Source: Candidatus Micrarchaeota archaeon
GTDB taxonomy: Archaea > Micrarchaeota > Micrarchaeia > Anstonellales > Bilamarchaeaceae
Length of the DNA: 64,000 bases
Direction: 5' to 3'
Assembly (NCBI GenBank): GCA_043821365.1
Contig: JBDRCX010000006.1
Coordinates: 512,001-576,000 of the forward strand
Every line of letters starts with the position of its first letter. Positions within the stretch are counted from its first letter, which is position 1. Under the pieces are notes generated by a model, which was not told the origin of the DNA, made no database searches, and worked only from the letters and a program-made list of their open reading frames with translations. The position numbers were made by a program, and so were the translations under genes. Of the stretch, positions 19,566 to 30,500 are shown piece after piece.

Positions 19566-20078
19566 ATGCCAACTGATCCATCTGATATTCTAAATGCTCA
19601 TCAAAAGAAAAAAACAGATGCCATTGCATTTTTCAAAGAGCTTGCCCATATGAATTCTGGTCCAATCTCTCAAAATGTGATTAATATAGATAAAAATTCA
19701 AAATCACTTGCAGAAACAAATTTATTATTTGAAAAAAAATTGTCTGAATTTTCAAAATCAAATATGGATAGTCTTGCTATCTCTAGATTCTGTCTGGCAC
19801 TTTTTTTTATTGAACGTACTAATGAAATACATAATATTGTCTTAACTAAGAATGTGGGTGGGTTATACTCTTTATATACTTCTTTAAGAAACCAAGTTTG
19901 TGATTTATTAAATGAAAAGTATTATTCAGCTTCCAAAGATTATATTCTCTCTTTTTATCTTGATCTTGAACCTTTACTGTGTGCATCTTCTGACTTGTGC
20001 GAATTGCCTGTTCCTGAGATCACAACTATCATGGAAACTTACAAATCAAAAATTGCGGATAGACTTGAGAAACTCTGA
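19566..20078 (+). CDS. Hypothetical helical protein
   Basis: 170-aa ORF; its stop abuts the stop of the convergent gene. Confidence 0.6.
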   Translation: MPTDPSDILNAHQKKKTDAIAFFKELAHMNSGPISQNVINIDKNSKSLAETNLLFEKKLSEFSKSNMDSLAISRFCLALFFIERTNEIHNIVLTKNVGGLYSLYTSLRNQVCDLLNEKYYSASKDYILSFYLDLEPLLCASSDLCELPVPEITTIMETYKSKIADRLEKL

Positions 20079-20987
20079 TCATCTCATGTTTCTAATCCCA
20101 TTCCAACCAGGACTAAAATCTACTGGGTTTCCAATTTCTCTAGTGTGAAGCCCATTTCTTCCTATAACTCTCTCATAGAATTTCAATTCATGTGAATTAC
20201 TATCCATATAGAAAAATGGCGACCTCCCACTTCTAAAAGTAGAATAACCTGTGTTTATTCCATAATCCAAGCTTAACATTGCTTCAGGCATTAATCTTAC
20301 TTCAACCCCAAGTCTTTCATATTTCTTAACTAACATCCTTTGTGTTAATACGTCAATGTCGGTCATGTCTGTTTTTTTATCATAATATTTTGGTTGTATA
20401 AGTAATATTGGTCTACTACCATCATTCACTAAAAATAATCTTCTTCTAAATACAAAATCATCAGCACTGTCTTCTCTTGCAACTATCTGTTTTATCCATG
20501 GTAGTTCTATTGTGCCTACTACTCCGCCTATATGGAAAGTTGGTTGATGTGGTTCTTGGCAATTTGGATGTCCACGTACTAATCCACCATATAATGCAGT
20601 TTCAAAATCTCCAACTTCACCAACTAACAGATTGCCTATAGTGGCAGTTGTTTCTTGTCTCCATGCTACAAAAAGGGCTTCGCCTCTTTCTCTTCCCATC
20701 AAATTATGAAGTTCTCTACGGAACTCTTCTGAGAATTTGAATTCCTGAAATTTATGTGCTAAGTATGCAGAAAATGCATCATCAAGCACAGCTATTGCTT
20801 CTTGAAATGCCTCTTTTCTTCCTCTATAATCAATTCCAACATTTTTTGGGTCATTTAATTTTGTTAAATTTGCTCTTATTATACCAACGTCTGTAGTTAT
20901 CCTATCAACCACTACCTCTCTCCGAGAAAATTTATCTTGTGTATGTGAAAATTGCACTAATCTTTTTGGAGGTTGTCGTCTATCCAT
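20079..20987 (-). CDS. Stand-alone paralog of the giant protein's C-terminal domain
   Basis: Shares FQEFKFS.EFR, WRQ, YGG.VRG..CQ, TFHI.G.VGT.ELPWIKQIV, RRR.FL, QPKY, SGRSP..YMDSN, GLH.RE and GWN with the last ~280 aa of 21573..34907. Confidence 0.9.
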   Translation of the reverse strand: MDRRQPPKRLVQFSHTQDKFSRREVVVDRITTDVGIIRANLTKLNDPKNVGIDYRGRKEAFQEAIAVLDDAFSAYLAHKFQEFKFSEEFRRELHNLMGRERGEALFVAWRQETTATIGNLLVGEVGDFETALYGGLVRGHPNCQEPHQPTFHIGGVVGTIELPWIKQIVAREDSADDFVFRRRLFLVNDGSRPILLIQPKYYDKKTDMTDIDVLTQRMLVKKYERLGVEVRLMPEAMLSLDYGINTGYSTFRSGRSPFFYMDSNSHELKFYERVIGRNGLHTREIGNPVDFSPGWNGIRNMR

Positions 20988-21027
20988 ACTATTCTCTTGT
21001 TACGTAAAGTTTAATAATCTACCACAA

Positions 21028-21564
21028 TTAGCCTACTGCTGTCCTATTCCTTCCACCAGTTCCATACTGTCTTCTTCCGATACTTGCCCTTAGACCTAAA
21101 TCTGGTTTTTTGAGTACTCCATTCTGTCTTACTAAAAGAATTGCTTGTGCTGAAAACTCTCTATCACTAATCATCTTCAGTAGCTGTATAGTTGTTTTAT
21201 TAAGGGCAAAACCAGAACTTGTTACTTTTGATAGTAGTTCTAAACCATATTTTGTAAGTTCCTTTTTTGTTTCTTTATGTCCAACCATCTCAAGTGCTCT
21301 TGTCAATAATACCTGTCCACTAACTTCTACGAATTTCATCCAGTAATCTGTTGATGGAAATTTGTCAAACATCTCACTGATTTTACTAAGTTCTGAGGTT
21401 GAGGTTTCGCCTTTTACTACTGCCACAATTGTTTGGCCAATAATTGCAAGTTTTTTTACATTTTCATTATGATCTCTTGACAACACTTCAACAATTTTGT
21501 TTCCATCCACTTCTCCTGAGTACCATATTAAAGTGAAAAACATTGTTCTTGTATCATCATCCAT
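21028..21564 (-). CDS. Hypothetical protein immediately downstream of the giant gene (candidate immunity or partner)
   Basis: Starts 8 nt after the giant stop codon, with an AGGTGG SD overlapping that stop. Confidence 0.7.
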   Translation of the reverse strand: MDDDTRTMFFTLIWYSGEVDGNKIVEVLSRDHNENVKKLAIIGQTIVAVVKGETSTSELSKISEMFDKFPSTDYWMKFVEVSGQVLLTRALEMVGHKETKKELTKYGLELLSKVTSSGFALNKTTIQLLKMISDREFSAQAILLVRQNGVLKKPDLGLRASIGRRQYGTGGRNRTAVG

Positions 21565-21572
21565 AAAACCAC

Positions 21573-24500
21573 CTAATCCTTAATCAGTTCCCCTGTGATG
21601 TCACGCCTTTCGTTCCAGCCTTTTTGAAATATGTCTGGCTGTCTGTATCCCTCACTTGTACCTGGTTCTCTATAATGCAATCCATGGCGTGCAAAGACTA
21701 TACCTTCTCTTCCTGCTCTAACTACATAACCATTACTATCCATATAATAATATGGCGATCTACCACTTGTGAATGTTCTATATCCTGCATTTGGACCAAT
21801 GTCATTTGCATATGCGTGATCAATGTCTCTTACTCCTATTCCCATCTCTTCATATCTTGTGCGGATGCTTGCCATTACTGCAGTATCTATTTCTGCCAAG
21901 CCTGGCATATCCTTTGCTCCATATTTTGGTTGTGCAACTAATATTGGATTGCCGTCGTCTCCTTGCATGAGGAATATTCTTCTTCTGTATATTATTTCCC
22001 CTGCTGGATTTTTGATCACAATCTGTTTTATCCATGGCAATTCTACTGTTCCAACTATTCCTGCAATGTGGAATGTCTGTTGTGATATATCTTGACAGGT
22101 GCGTTCTCCTCTAACTCGTCCGCCATAAAATCCATCTTCAAAACTTCCAGTTTCAAGTATAGTGTGGGTTGCATCTCCAACTGTTACTTGATCTGCAGTA
22201 TGATTCTGTCTCCAAGTTTCAAATATTCTGCTTCCTCTTTCTTCCCCAACTAAACTAATTAATTCTCCTCTAAATTCGTCGCTAAACTTAAATTCTTGGA
22301 ATCTTCCTTCTGCCATTGCCCTAATTGCTTGATCAAAAACAATAGCAGCCTCTCCGAAACCTTCTTGTGGTCCATAATAGCCAACCAAGTTTTGTGTTGA
22401 TCTTGGTGCAGCTTCCGTAAGATTACCACGATATTGTGTATAATCCATTATCAAATCAATATTTTCTAATATAAATGCAGCTGGAAGTTGGACATCAGAA
22501 GGTATGAACAATTTGCCAATTTCAGAACTAACTGTTTGTGTAAAAGCATCGATTGGAAGAACCCCACCATCGGGCCCAATGAGGTTTCTGCTTATCCTTG
22601 CAAGATCTGCGGGTGATACCTTTCCATCTAAGTATGCATTGTATATAAGGTCCATATAATCTATCTTCCCTCTTGTTCTACTACTTCCTAAAAATTCTGC
22701 TTTATCTGCTTTTGTTGCTCCATCTCTTGCAATATATTCCAATTCTGCTCCTACTAATCTTAACCATGGTTCTACTGTTGTGTTCCCACTTGAATTGAAG
22801 ATATTGTCCATTAAATCTGCAACTTGTCTGAAATTTGCATGACTTCTTAGTTCCTTTCTTATAGCATCGCTACTCAATGCACGCAATACTAAACTTCTTG
22901 GAACTGGTCCAGTTTCAGGTAGTAAATATGTTGCAAAAGGAAGCCTATTTGGTCTTACACTTAGTTGGTCTGCTCTATCTGCAGTTATATCACCAAGAAG
23001 TATTGTTTCTTGCCTTGTTTTTCTCCCAACCTTAACATCAACTCTTATAGCAAGTGCTTCACTAAGAACCCCAAAATCTAAATTGTCTAAATTGCTTCCA
23101 ATCAATTGCATATATGCTTCTCTTGATTCTGCAGTTGGAAGTCTACTAACATCATCAAATAGATATTCGAAAATATGTTTTACTACAGCTCCTCTTGCAT
23201 CCGGATCTGTTATCTGATCTAGTGGAATTCTATCGAGTAGTCTTCTGCTTGTTTCTGTTGCTTGCTCAAGCATTCTGAAACTATCAACATCAGTTGGCCT
23301 GAAATTATCAAGCAGTCCATTTCTAACTCCTGGTTTGACCTCATGTGAGAGCAGGGGTACTGGATCCACTCCAAGTAAATGAAGTTTTGCTGCAAATCCA
23401 AGAACATTACCAATTTGTCCTATAGTTATAAATCCTTCAACCTGCGCATAATGCAAATGTTCATCAAGTGCTGCAACTGTTCTTGAATATGCCTCAAGCA
23501 TCTGCACTCTTGTTTCTTCTGGTGCTGTTCTTCTGATTGTTTTTGCACCTGCCATGACAGCATCCCTCATCATCTCAGGACTGCTGGAAAGAGATTGGTC
23601 AAGTGTGTCTAAAATGTGTGTTTCTTTTGCACTATTAACTTCTCTACTTATTTCTCCTTCGTAATATGTGCGTAATTCTGCAGGTGTCATTCCATCGTCA
23701 GCTATTCTGACCAAGAGTATATTCTCTACGCCATCATATTCAAAATTAAACTGAACATTCCCATCTTCTCTAATTACTGCTTCATATGTTACTCTGCTTG
23801 GAAGATCACTTTCTTCCATCCCTAATATTGATCTGCTTGGTGGTTTTGTTACATCTGGTCTTTTTACTACGACTTCTCTTCCTGCATAAACATCATCTGC
23901 TGCTTGAGAAATTGGATTTCTTAATATTGTGGTTCTGTCTCTTCCATTTGTGAAATCAGTTGGCACATGTGAATCATCAGCAACACCAATCAAGTGGGGG
24001 CTATCTTCTGGTGCTCTGCTAGTATGGAGTCTTGCAGGGGCTGTTTTTCTAAGTGGATCTATTACAACAAATCCACTTCCTCTTCCATATGCCTCACTCA
24101 TGCTTGCATCTAAATTGGTAACATATCCTCCAGCTGCCCTAACTCCTTTTCCTCTGGAATGGCCAACATAAATATGATCAACACCAAGTGCTTCTCTCCA
24201 TTGAGCTGCAATCTCCTGGCTCATAATTGGTGCCCATCCATGCCTTCCTTCAACATATGCAGAAGAGTAATCTCCACTTTCCATAACTCGTATGTCTCCA
24301 AATACTGTTCCCCAATGGTTATCTGCAGTAGTAAATAATCTTTGGAAATGTGCATCCAACATTTCAGGACTTGTAATTAACTGCCCATCACTTTGCAATA
24401 CTGGTCCACCATGTGTGAAATAATTATTATCTATTATTACTGCTGCTCTTGACTGTTCAATGAAATGCATGAAACTTCCTTCTATTACTCTTCCTTGCTG

Positions 24501-27500
24501 ATCATAATTTTCATGTATGAAATTTTCCCAACTTCCATATCTTTCAATAATCGATTCAAATGTTTGGTCCACACCAACACGGCTCCACTGCTTCATGGCA
24601 CCCATTATGTCATCTGCATTGGCCTTCCCTTCAAATACGGCTCTAACCTCTTGATCGCTTGAACCTCTATAAAATTCTACAAATCTTCTAAACAATTCTT
24701 CATGATTGCCTCTCAATGCATGCACCCTAGTTCCTGTTTGCCCACCATCTGATTTCATCTGGCTTACTAATTCCACAACATCTACGCTTGTTGGTCCACG
24801 ATCAATATAATCTCCCATAAAAACAATCTGGCTTCCTTCTGGTAAATCTGGGTTTAGTCTATACCTCTTGGCAGGTGGAACATATCTTGGATCAGTTTTT
24901 GGCAATGTTCTTGGTATCCCTTCCATAGTGTCAATTAAGATTCCTTGTCTAAGGAATTGGTCAACAACACCATAAACATCTCCATGCACATCACCAATTG
25001 CTATTACCTGACGTGCATTTTGGATTACATCAACATAAGCACCTTGTTTCATGGTTGGTGGTGAACTTTCTATTGCTTCAAGGACTGTTCCATATCTATC
25101 TGCTATTGCAATTGCTTCATCTAAACTCCCAGTTCTAATTGCTTCTTGGTACGTTGCATCACTACCAAGTTGTTCAGCAAGCATTCTTTCGTTTGCAGTT
25201 CCTAATTTACTATCTTCAGCAATTAAATGAAGGCGGCGTCCTAATTTTGTACTTTCTGGTATCCTTTTTCCAAGTTGTTGTTCTTGTACTGCTAATTCTA
25301 CTTCTCTTTCTTGTTGTCTAACTCTATACCTATATGCATGGTCTGGTTCACCAGTTCTTTTTTGTACTGGTGCTAATCTCGGTGCATCATCAACTATTGC
25401 AAGTGACATTCCGTCTGGTGATCTTGTTATTGCCTGGCGCCTTATTTCAAATGTTCTACCCTCGGTTAATACAAAGTCTTGAAATGCTTCAAGCATATCA
25501 GCTCCACGTGGTTCTGGTAATCTCCTAAGTTTAATTACAAGATCCTCTACTTTCCGTAATTGTGGATTTTTTCTTATTACTTCAGTAATGTCCCTAAGTT
25601 TACCAAGCCCTAATCTTGTTAATGTATCATCATTACCTATTGCCATTGCAGCAATAATCGCATCTGCACTATCATAATTTTCTGAACCCCACAACATCCT
25701 CAAGCGTCCATTTGATATTGATGCCATTGCATCTGCAAAGTTTGCGTTTTCAATTGGTACTGCTCCTTGTTTTTGTACACTCATTTTTACTCCTGCACTA
25801 TGTAATTGTTCATCGATAACTCTTGCCATCACAGTTGCATCAGCAGGTGTTCCGCCTTCAATCACATATTTCATTGTTCCTAAACGTCTTACTGTGACAC
25901 CGTGTTCTGTTGCATATCTTGCAACTGCAGCTTCTACAGTACTAACAAGGTAATTTGCACCATCATGGCCAAGGAATGTATTGAATCCACGCAAACCAAA
26001 TGCATTTCTTTCTACTTCTGCATATCCTTTTCCTGTTATCTCTAAGTATGGTGTTTCAACTGTTCTTTCTACTCCTGGAAGTCTTCCTCCTATATCAACA
26101 TAAGCTTGATTATCATCTATTTGGAGCCTTACTTCAAATGCAGTTCCGCTAACTGTTTCTCCATCTCCAACCTGCCCTATTGATTCTGATAGTTTCCATC
26201 CAACTCCTGTTCTTACCCCTAATCTTTCTCTAAGTGATGGTGCAAAACTCAAAGAACCATCTTCTTCTGCTCTAGTTATTAGCCCTTCTAAAAACCCTAT
26301 TCTGCTTTCAGAACGCTGCAACATGGCATCGCTTCCATCAGCATGTACTGCAACTGCTCTTCCGTCTTCTGCTCTTCCAACTGTTACTGGTCTGCTAATA
26401 TCATATGATGCTTCAATTAATCTAAGTGGGTCTGTCATTAATGAAAGTGAATATCTTAATCTTCCAGAACCATCTGATGCCGTGCTAATTCTTTGGAATT
26501 CAGCATCAGTAACTGCTCTCATTTCTTGTCCTAGTCTTGTTCTAACGTCTTCTCCTTTTCCTTTTGGTACTATTATGATTCCTACTGCTTCATCCCCACC
26601 TCCACTTGGTGGGCGTATTATGTGTGCAGTTTGTTCTTGACTATCCCCAATGATCCTTCTTACTGCTCCTTGTATTATGTCTTGATAAACTCCAAGAGCT
26701 TGATCCCCAACTTCTTCTCCAAACATTTTATTGATCTGACTTAGTGATTTTTTATCTGGTCGTATTACGATGACATCCATTTCTTGTCCTTGCATTGCGT
26801 CCGACAGAATCACATCTTCGATTGATCTAACCATTCTTCCAATTGAAACTTCTTCGCCAGCAACAGCTTCATGTCCAATCAACCATTCGGGTTGCCCTGT
26901 TCGTACTAACTCACCATCAATCAACTCAACTCCTGCACGTCTGAGAACATGTCCAACTACATCATCAGTTTTGAAAAGTTCGCGACTAGGTCGCAATCTT
27001 ACAAATTCACCTGCTTCAATTGATTCTGGTTCAACTACTGGTGCCCTAGTTTCTGGTTCAACTACTTTTGTTTCTGGTCCTCTTGTTCTACGTCCTTTGC
27101 TAATAGGAGTAGGTTCAATACCCTCTGCTCCAACAGCAATTGGCATCGCTGTTTCAGTAACTCTTGCTTGTGCACCTACTTTTCTTGGGTGCCCAACCAT
27201 AAGTTTTATCACAATTGTTGGGCTCCCTTCTATATCTTGAGATACTGCAAAACATCTTGCTTTTGCTTCTGGTGTATCTGGTATCTCACCACGTATGGCT
27301 GCTTGATCAACAAGATCTTCAAATTTTATTTCTGCTACTGGTCTTCCTGTTCTTTTTGATGCTTCTAAAACAATTTCTGATGTTTCAAAGCCAGCCATTC
27401 TTCGTAATGCTTTCAAATTCTTTCCTGGTTTTGTTGGGCTGAGTTCTCCTCTTTGTATCCCACTGCCCATTGCTATTTTTGCTTCTTCAAATAATGTGAA

Positions 27501-30500
27501 TTCACCTTCATATTTTCTTACCAAATGAGCAGGTCTTCCTGAAACTAGTGAGTAAGTATCTTCAGATGTTGTTAATCTTCTTACTAATGAATGTATTGCA
27601 GTTCTTCCTGCTTGTCCTTCTTGAGTTGCACCAAACAATCCAATTCTTAGTTCTCCTCTTGGTGTTCTGCTTGCAGTTGCAAATGCAACTATTCTTCCAC
27701 CCTCTCTTGCTACAAACCAAATTGGTGTTACTTCTGTAAATAATTTTTCAGGATTACTATAATGTAAGTCTGCAGCACCATAAGCTTCATCATAAAGTCT
27801 TTTTATCTCAGGCCAAGCTGCTGCTCGTTCTTGTTCAGTTATTTCAGACCATGGTCTTTTACCATCAACTTCAATATCAGTAATTGCTCTTTTTCTTTCA
27901 ACAAATTCCTGGCTTTCATCATGCCTAACTGGTTCAAGTGTTCGTAATTTTGCAGCCAATTTTTCAGTTCCTTGCTCAATTCTTGTTGCAAATTCCTCTA
28001 GTTGTTTTGCTCTTGCTGTTTCTCCTGCCTCGCGTAAAACCTTTGCTTCACCTCTGAATCTACTTACATTTGCTTTTCTTCTTGTTATAGTTTCTCTTAG
28101 ATTCTCTACTGTTACTGGTCTTTCTAGTAATCGTTGTTCTTCAGACATTGCCCTTATTACTATAGCTTCTGGTTGCCTTGCTATTTCTGGTATTTTCATT
28201 GCTGCATCAAGACCAAATTCCAACTGTCTTGCTCTGCTTTTTCGATTAGCTAAATATTCAGGATTTAATGCAAGTTCCATTGCATGCCTCTGAACTTTTT
28301 CAGGTTGCCCTCTAAGTGCTTCTGCCACAAATGCTCTTTTTTGTTCTGGGGGCAATGAAGCAAATTCTGGATTATTAAGAATTCTCTCTGCACTACTTAC
28401 AATTCTCAGTGCAGTATCAACATGTTCAGAAGAATAAGTTTTTTGTTCTTCTCCTCTCCCTAATCTATATGTTGTTCCATCTTCACCGGGTTCTATGAAT
28501 CTACTTTTTAATTGTGCATGCAAAACTTGTTCTGCTGCTCTTTCACGACGTTCCCGCATTTCTGTTGTTCTATCTACAGGGGCATCTTGTTCTGCATCGT
28601 GGGGATGTCCTCCTGGTATCTCAGCTTCTGGAGGATTAAGGAAATATACTTCGGCTTCTGCCAAAAATTTCTCAGTTGCTGCAGCACCTAGTGGTCTAAA
28701 TTCAGTTCTTCCGCCAACTTTTCTTGTTGGTATTCTATCCATGAATACCAATCCTTCTTCTGGTGTAAGACTTCTTCCTAATCGCAATTCCATCTGGCCA
28801 TACAAAGTTTTTTGTGTCTCACCAAGTTGGCCGAATCTTTTTCCATGTTGGGCTCTTAGTGCGGTTGTCTCTGCAAGGCTCATTGTATGAACGGTTTCTC
28901 CAGTCAGGCCAGTCATCACTCCTCTGAAAATTTTTGCTCCTCTTGTGTCTTGGGATGTTCCAGCAACTCTCCATGCTCTTGCAGTTCTTGTTGGTGCAAC
29001 ATGCGCTCCAACTGGTGCTGTTGCTTGTACTACACCAAGTACACCAGTTGTAAAGAATTCTAATCCACCTATATCTCCATGTATCCATGCTTTTCCAGAT
29101 TCATAGGCTCCATAACCTGCCATTCCAAGGCCGCCTGCCATTAGCCCCCCACCAAGGACGGTGATTCCTCTCCCACCAGTTCCCATCATACTACTAAACA
29201 TTGTCACTCTGCCAACTGCAAGAGATTCATTTGCAATTCCACTTAAACTACCAAGTGCTGCACCACCAAAACCCAAAACAACTCCACCTACTCCAAGTAC
29301 TTGTTCTGCTGTACCCATCTGCGAAAATCCACCTGATCTTCGGCTATTTTCTGCTAGATCATGAAGTGCCTTTGTTCCAAATCCAACACCAACAACTGCT
29401 CCAAAACCAGTTGCAGTAAGTCCTAGTGCAAGAGTAAGTTCAACTCCTGCCTGTATCCCTCTTGCAGTACTTTCAGAACTCTGGCCTTCTTTTAAAAGGC
29501 GGCCATAGTCTGTATCATATTGTCCTGCAAAATCTGATGTTTCTGCATACAATCCTTGAATGTATTCATCAGTAGCTGGTTTTCCACCTTGTAATCTATT
29601 CTGCAAAACTCCATTTATAACTTCTAAATCATGATCTGCATAAGTAGCTACAACATCATACATTTGTTTTCTTTCACTATATGACCAAATTGTTGTAAGT
29701 CCAAGATGAACTCCGAAATAATCGCCAAGCAATTGGCTTATACCTTTTATGTCTTTTGTCCCTGTTGCATGCGCAAGAACAACTTTGTGTTCTTCTGGTG
29801 TGAGGCGTACCTGGGTCCATCCATCATCTTCGTCCCAGGCTATTCCCATTTTTGCAAATGTTGCAGTTGTGTATAAGTCAGCTAATTTTATTGGTTCGCG
29901 ATGTGCTGCAAGAGCAAACCTGTCTCCTTCAACATGTTTAAATCCAACAGAATATGTTTGTAGCGAATCTAGATATCCATGCATGGCAGCGTATAATGCA
30001 TGTGGAATGTCATCATAATCAGCACCGGCACTAATTTTAGCATCATCATAAACTCCGTCTCGGTCTCTTATCTTTACCTCTATTGCCGGTAGACTGACCT
30101 GCCCCCCGCTTAATATTTTGCGTGTGATTCCTTCAGGATCAGATGCAGCTGCTCTTCCAATTTGGAGTAAGTCTGCTGCTCTCCATCTTAGATTCATGTT
30201 AAAAGGGCTGTAACCATGGGTTCTTACGTACTGGTCAACATTATCAAATAGCATTATTGAATCTTCCAAACAACTCATGGCAAGTTGAGCACCAGCATTG
30301 AATTGATCCACTCGTGTACTAATTCTACTAAACTCAAGATCAGCTGTTAATTGTGCATGCAATCCGGGTCTTATCTGATCATGTTCTTGAAGATAAGCCA
30401 ACCCCTTTCTCATTGGTGTGCCATCTTCTACCATTTCTTCATAAACTGCCTGGCCTCCTTTTTCTATTCTTCTTTGATTATATATCCTACCATTAAATCC

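Noticed and set aside
26580-26610. GGDE read as a Cas10/Cmr2 palm motif
   Set aside because: Cas10 uses GGDD with an HD domain in a cas operon; the upstream N..G..GD motif fits GGDEF cyclases better and there is no CRISPR context.
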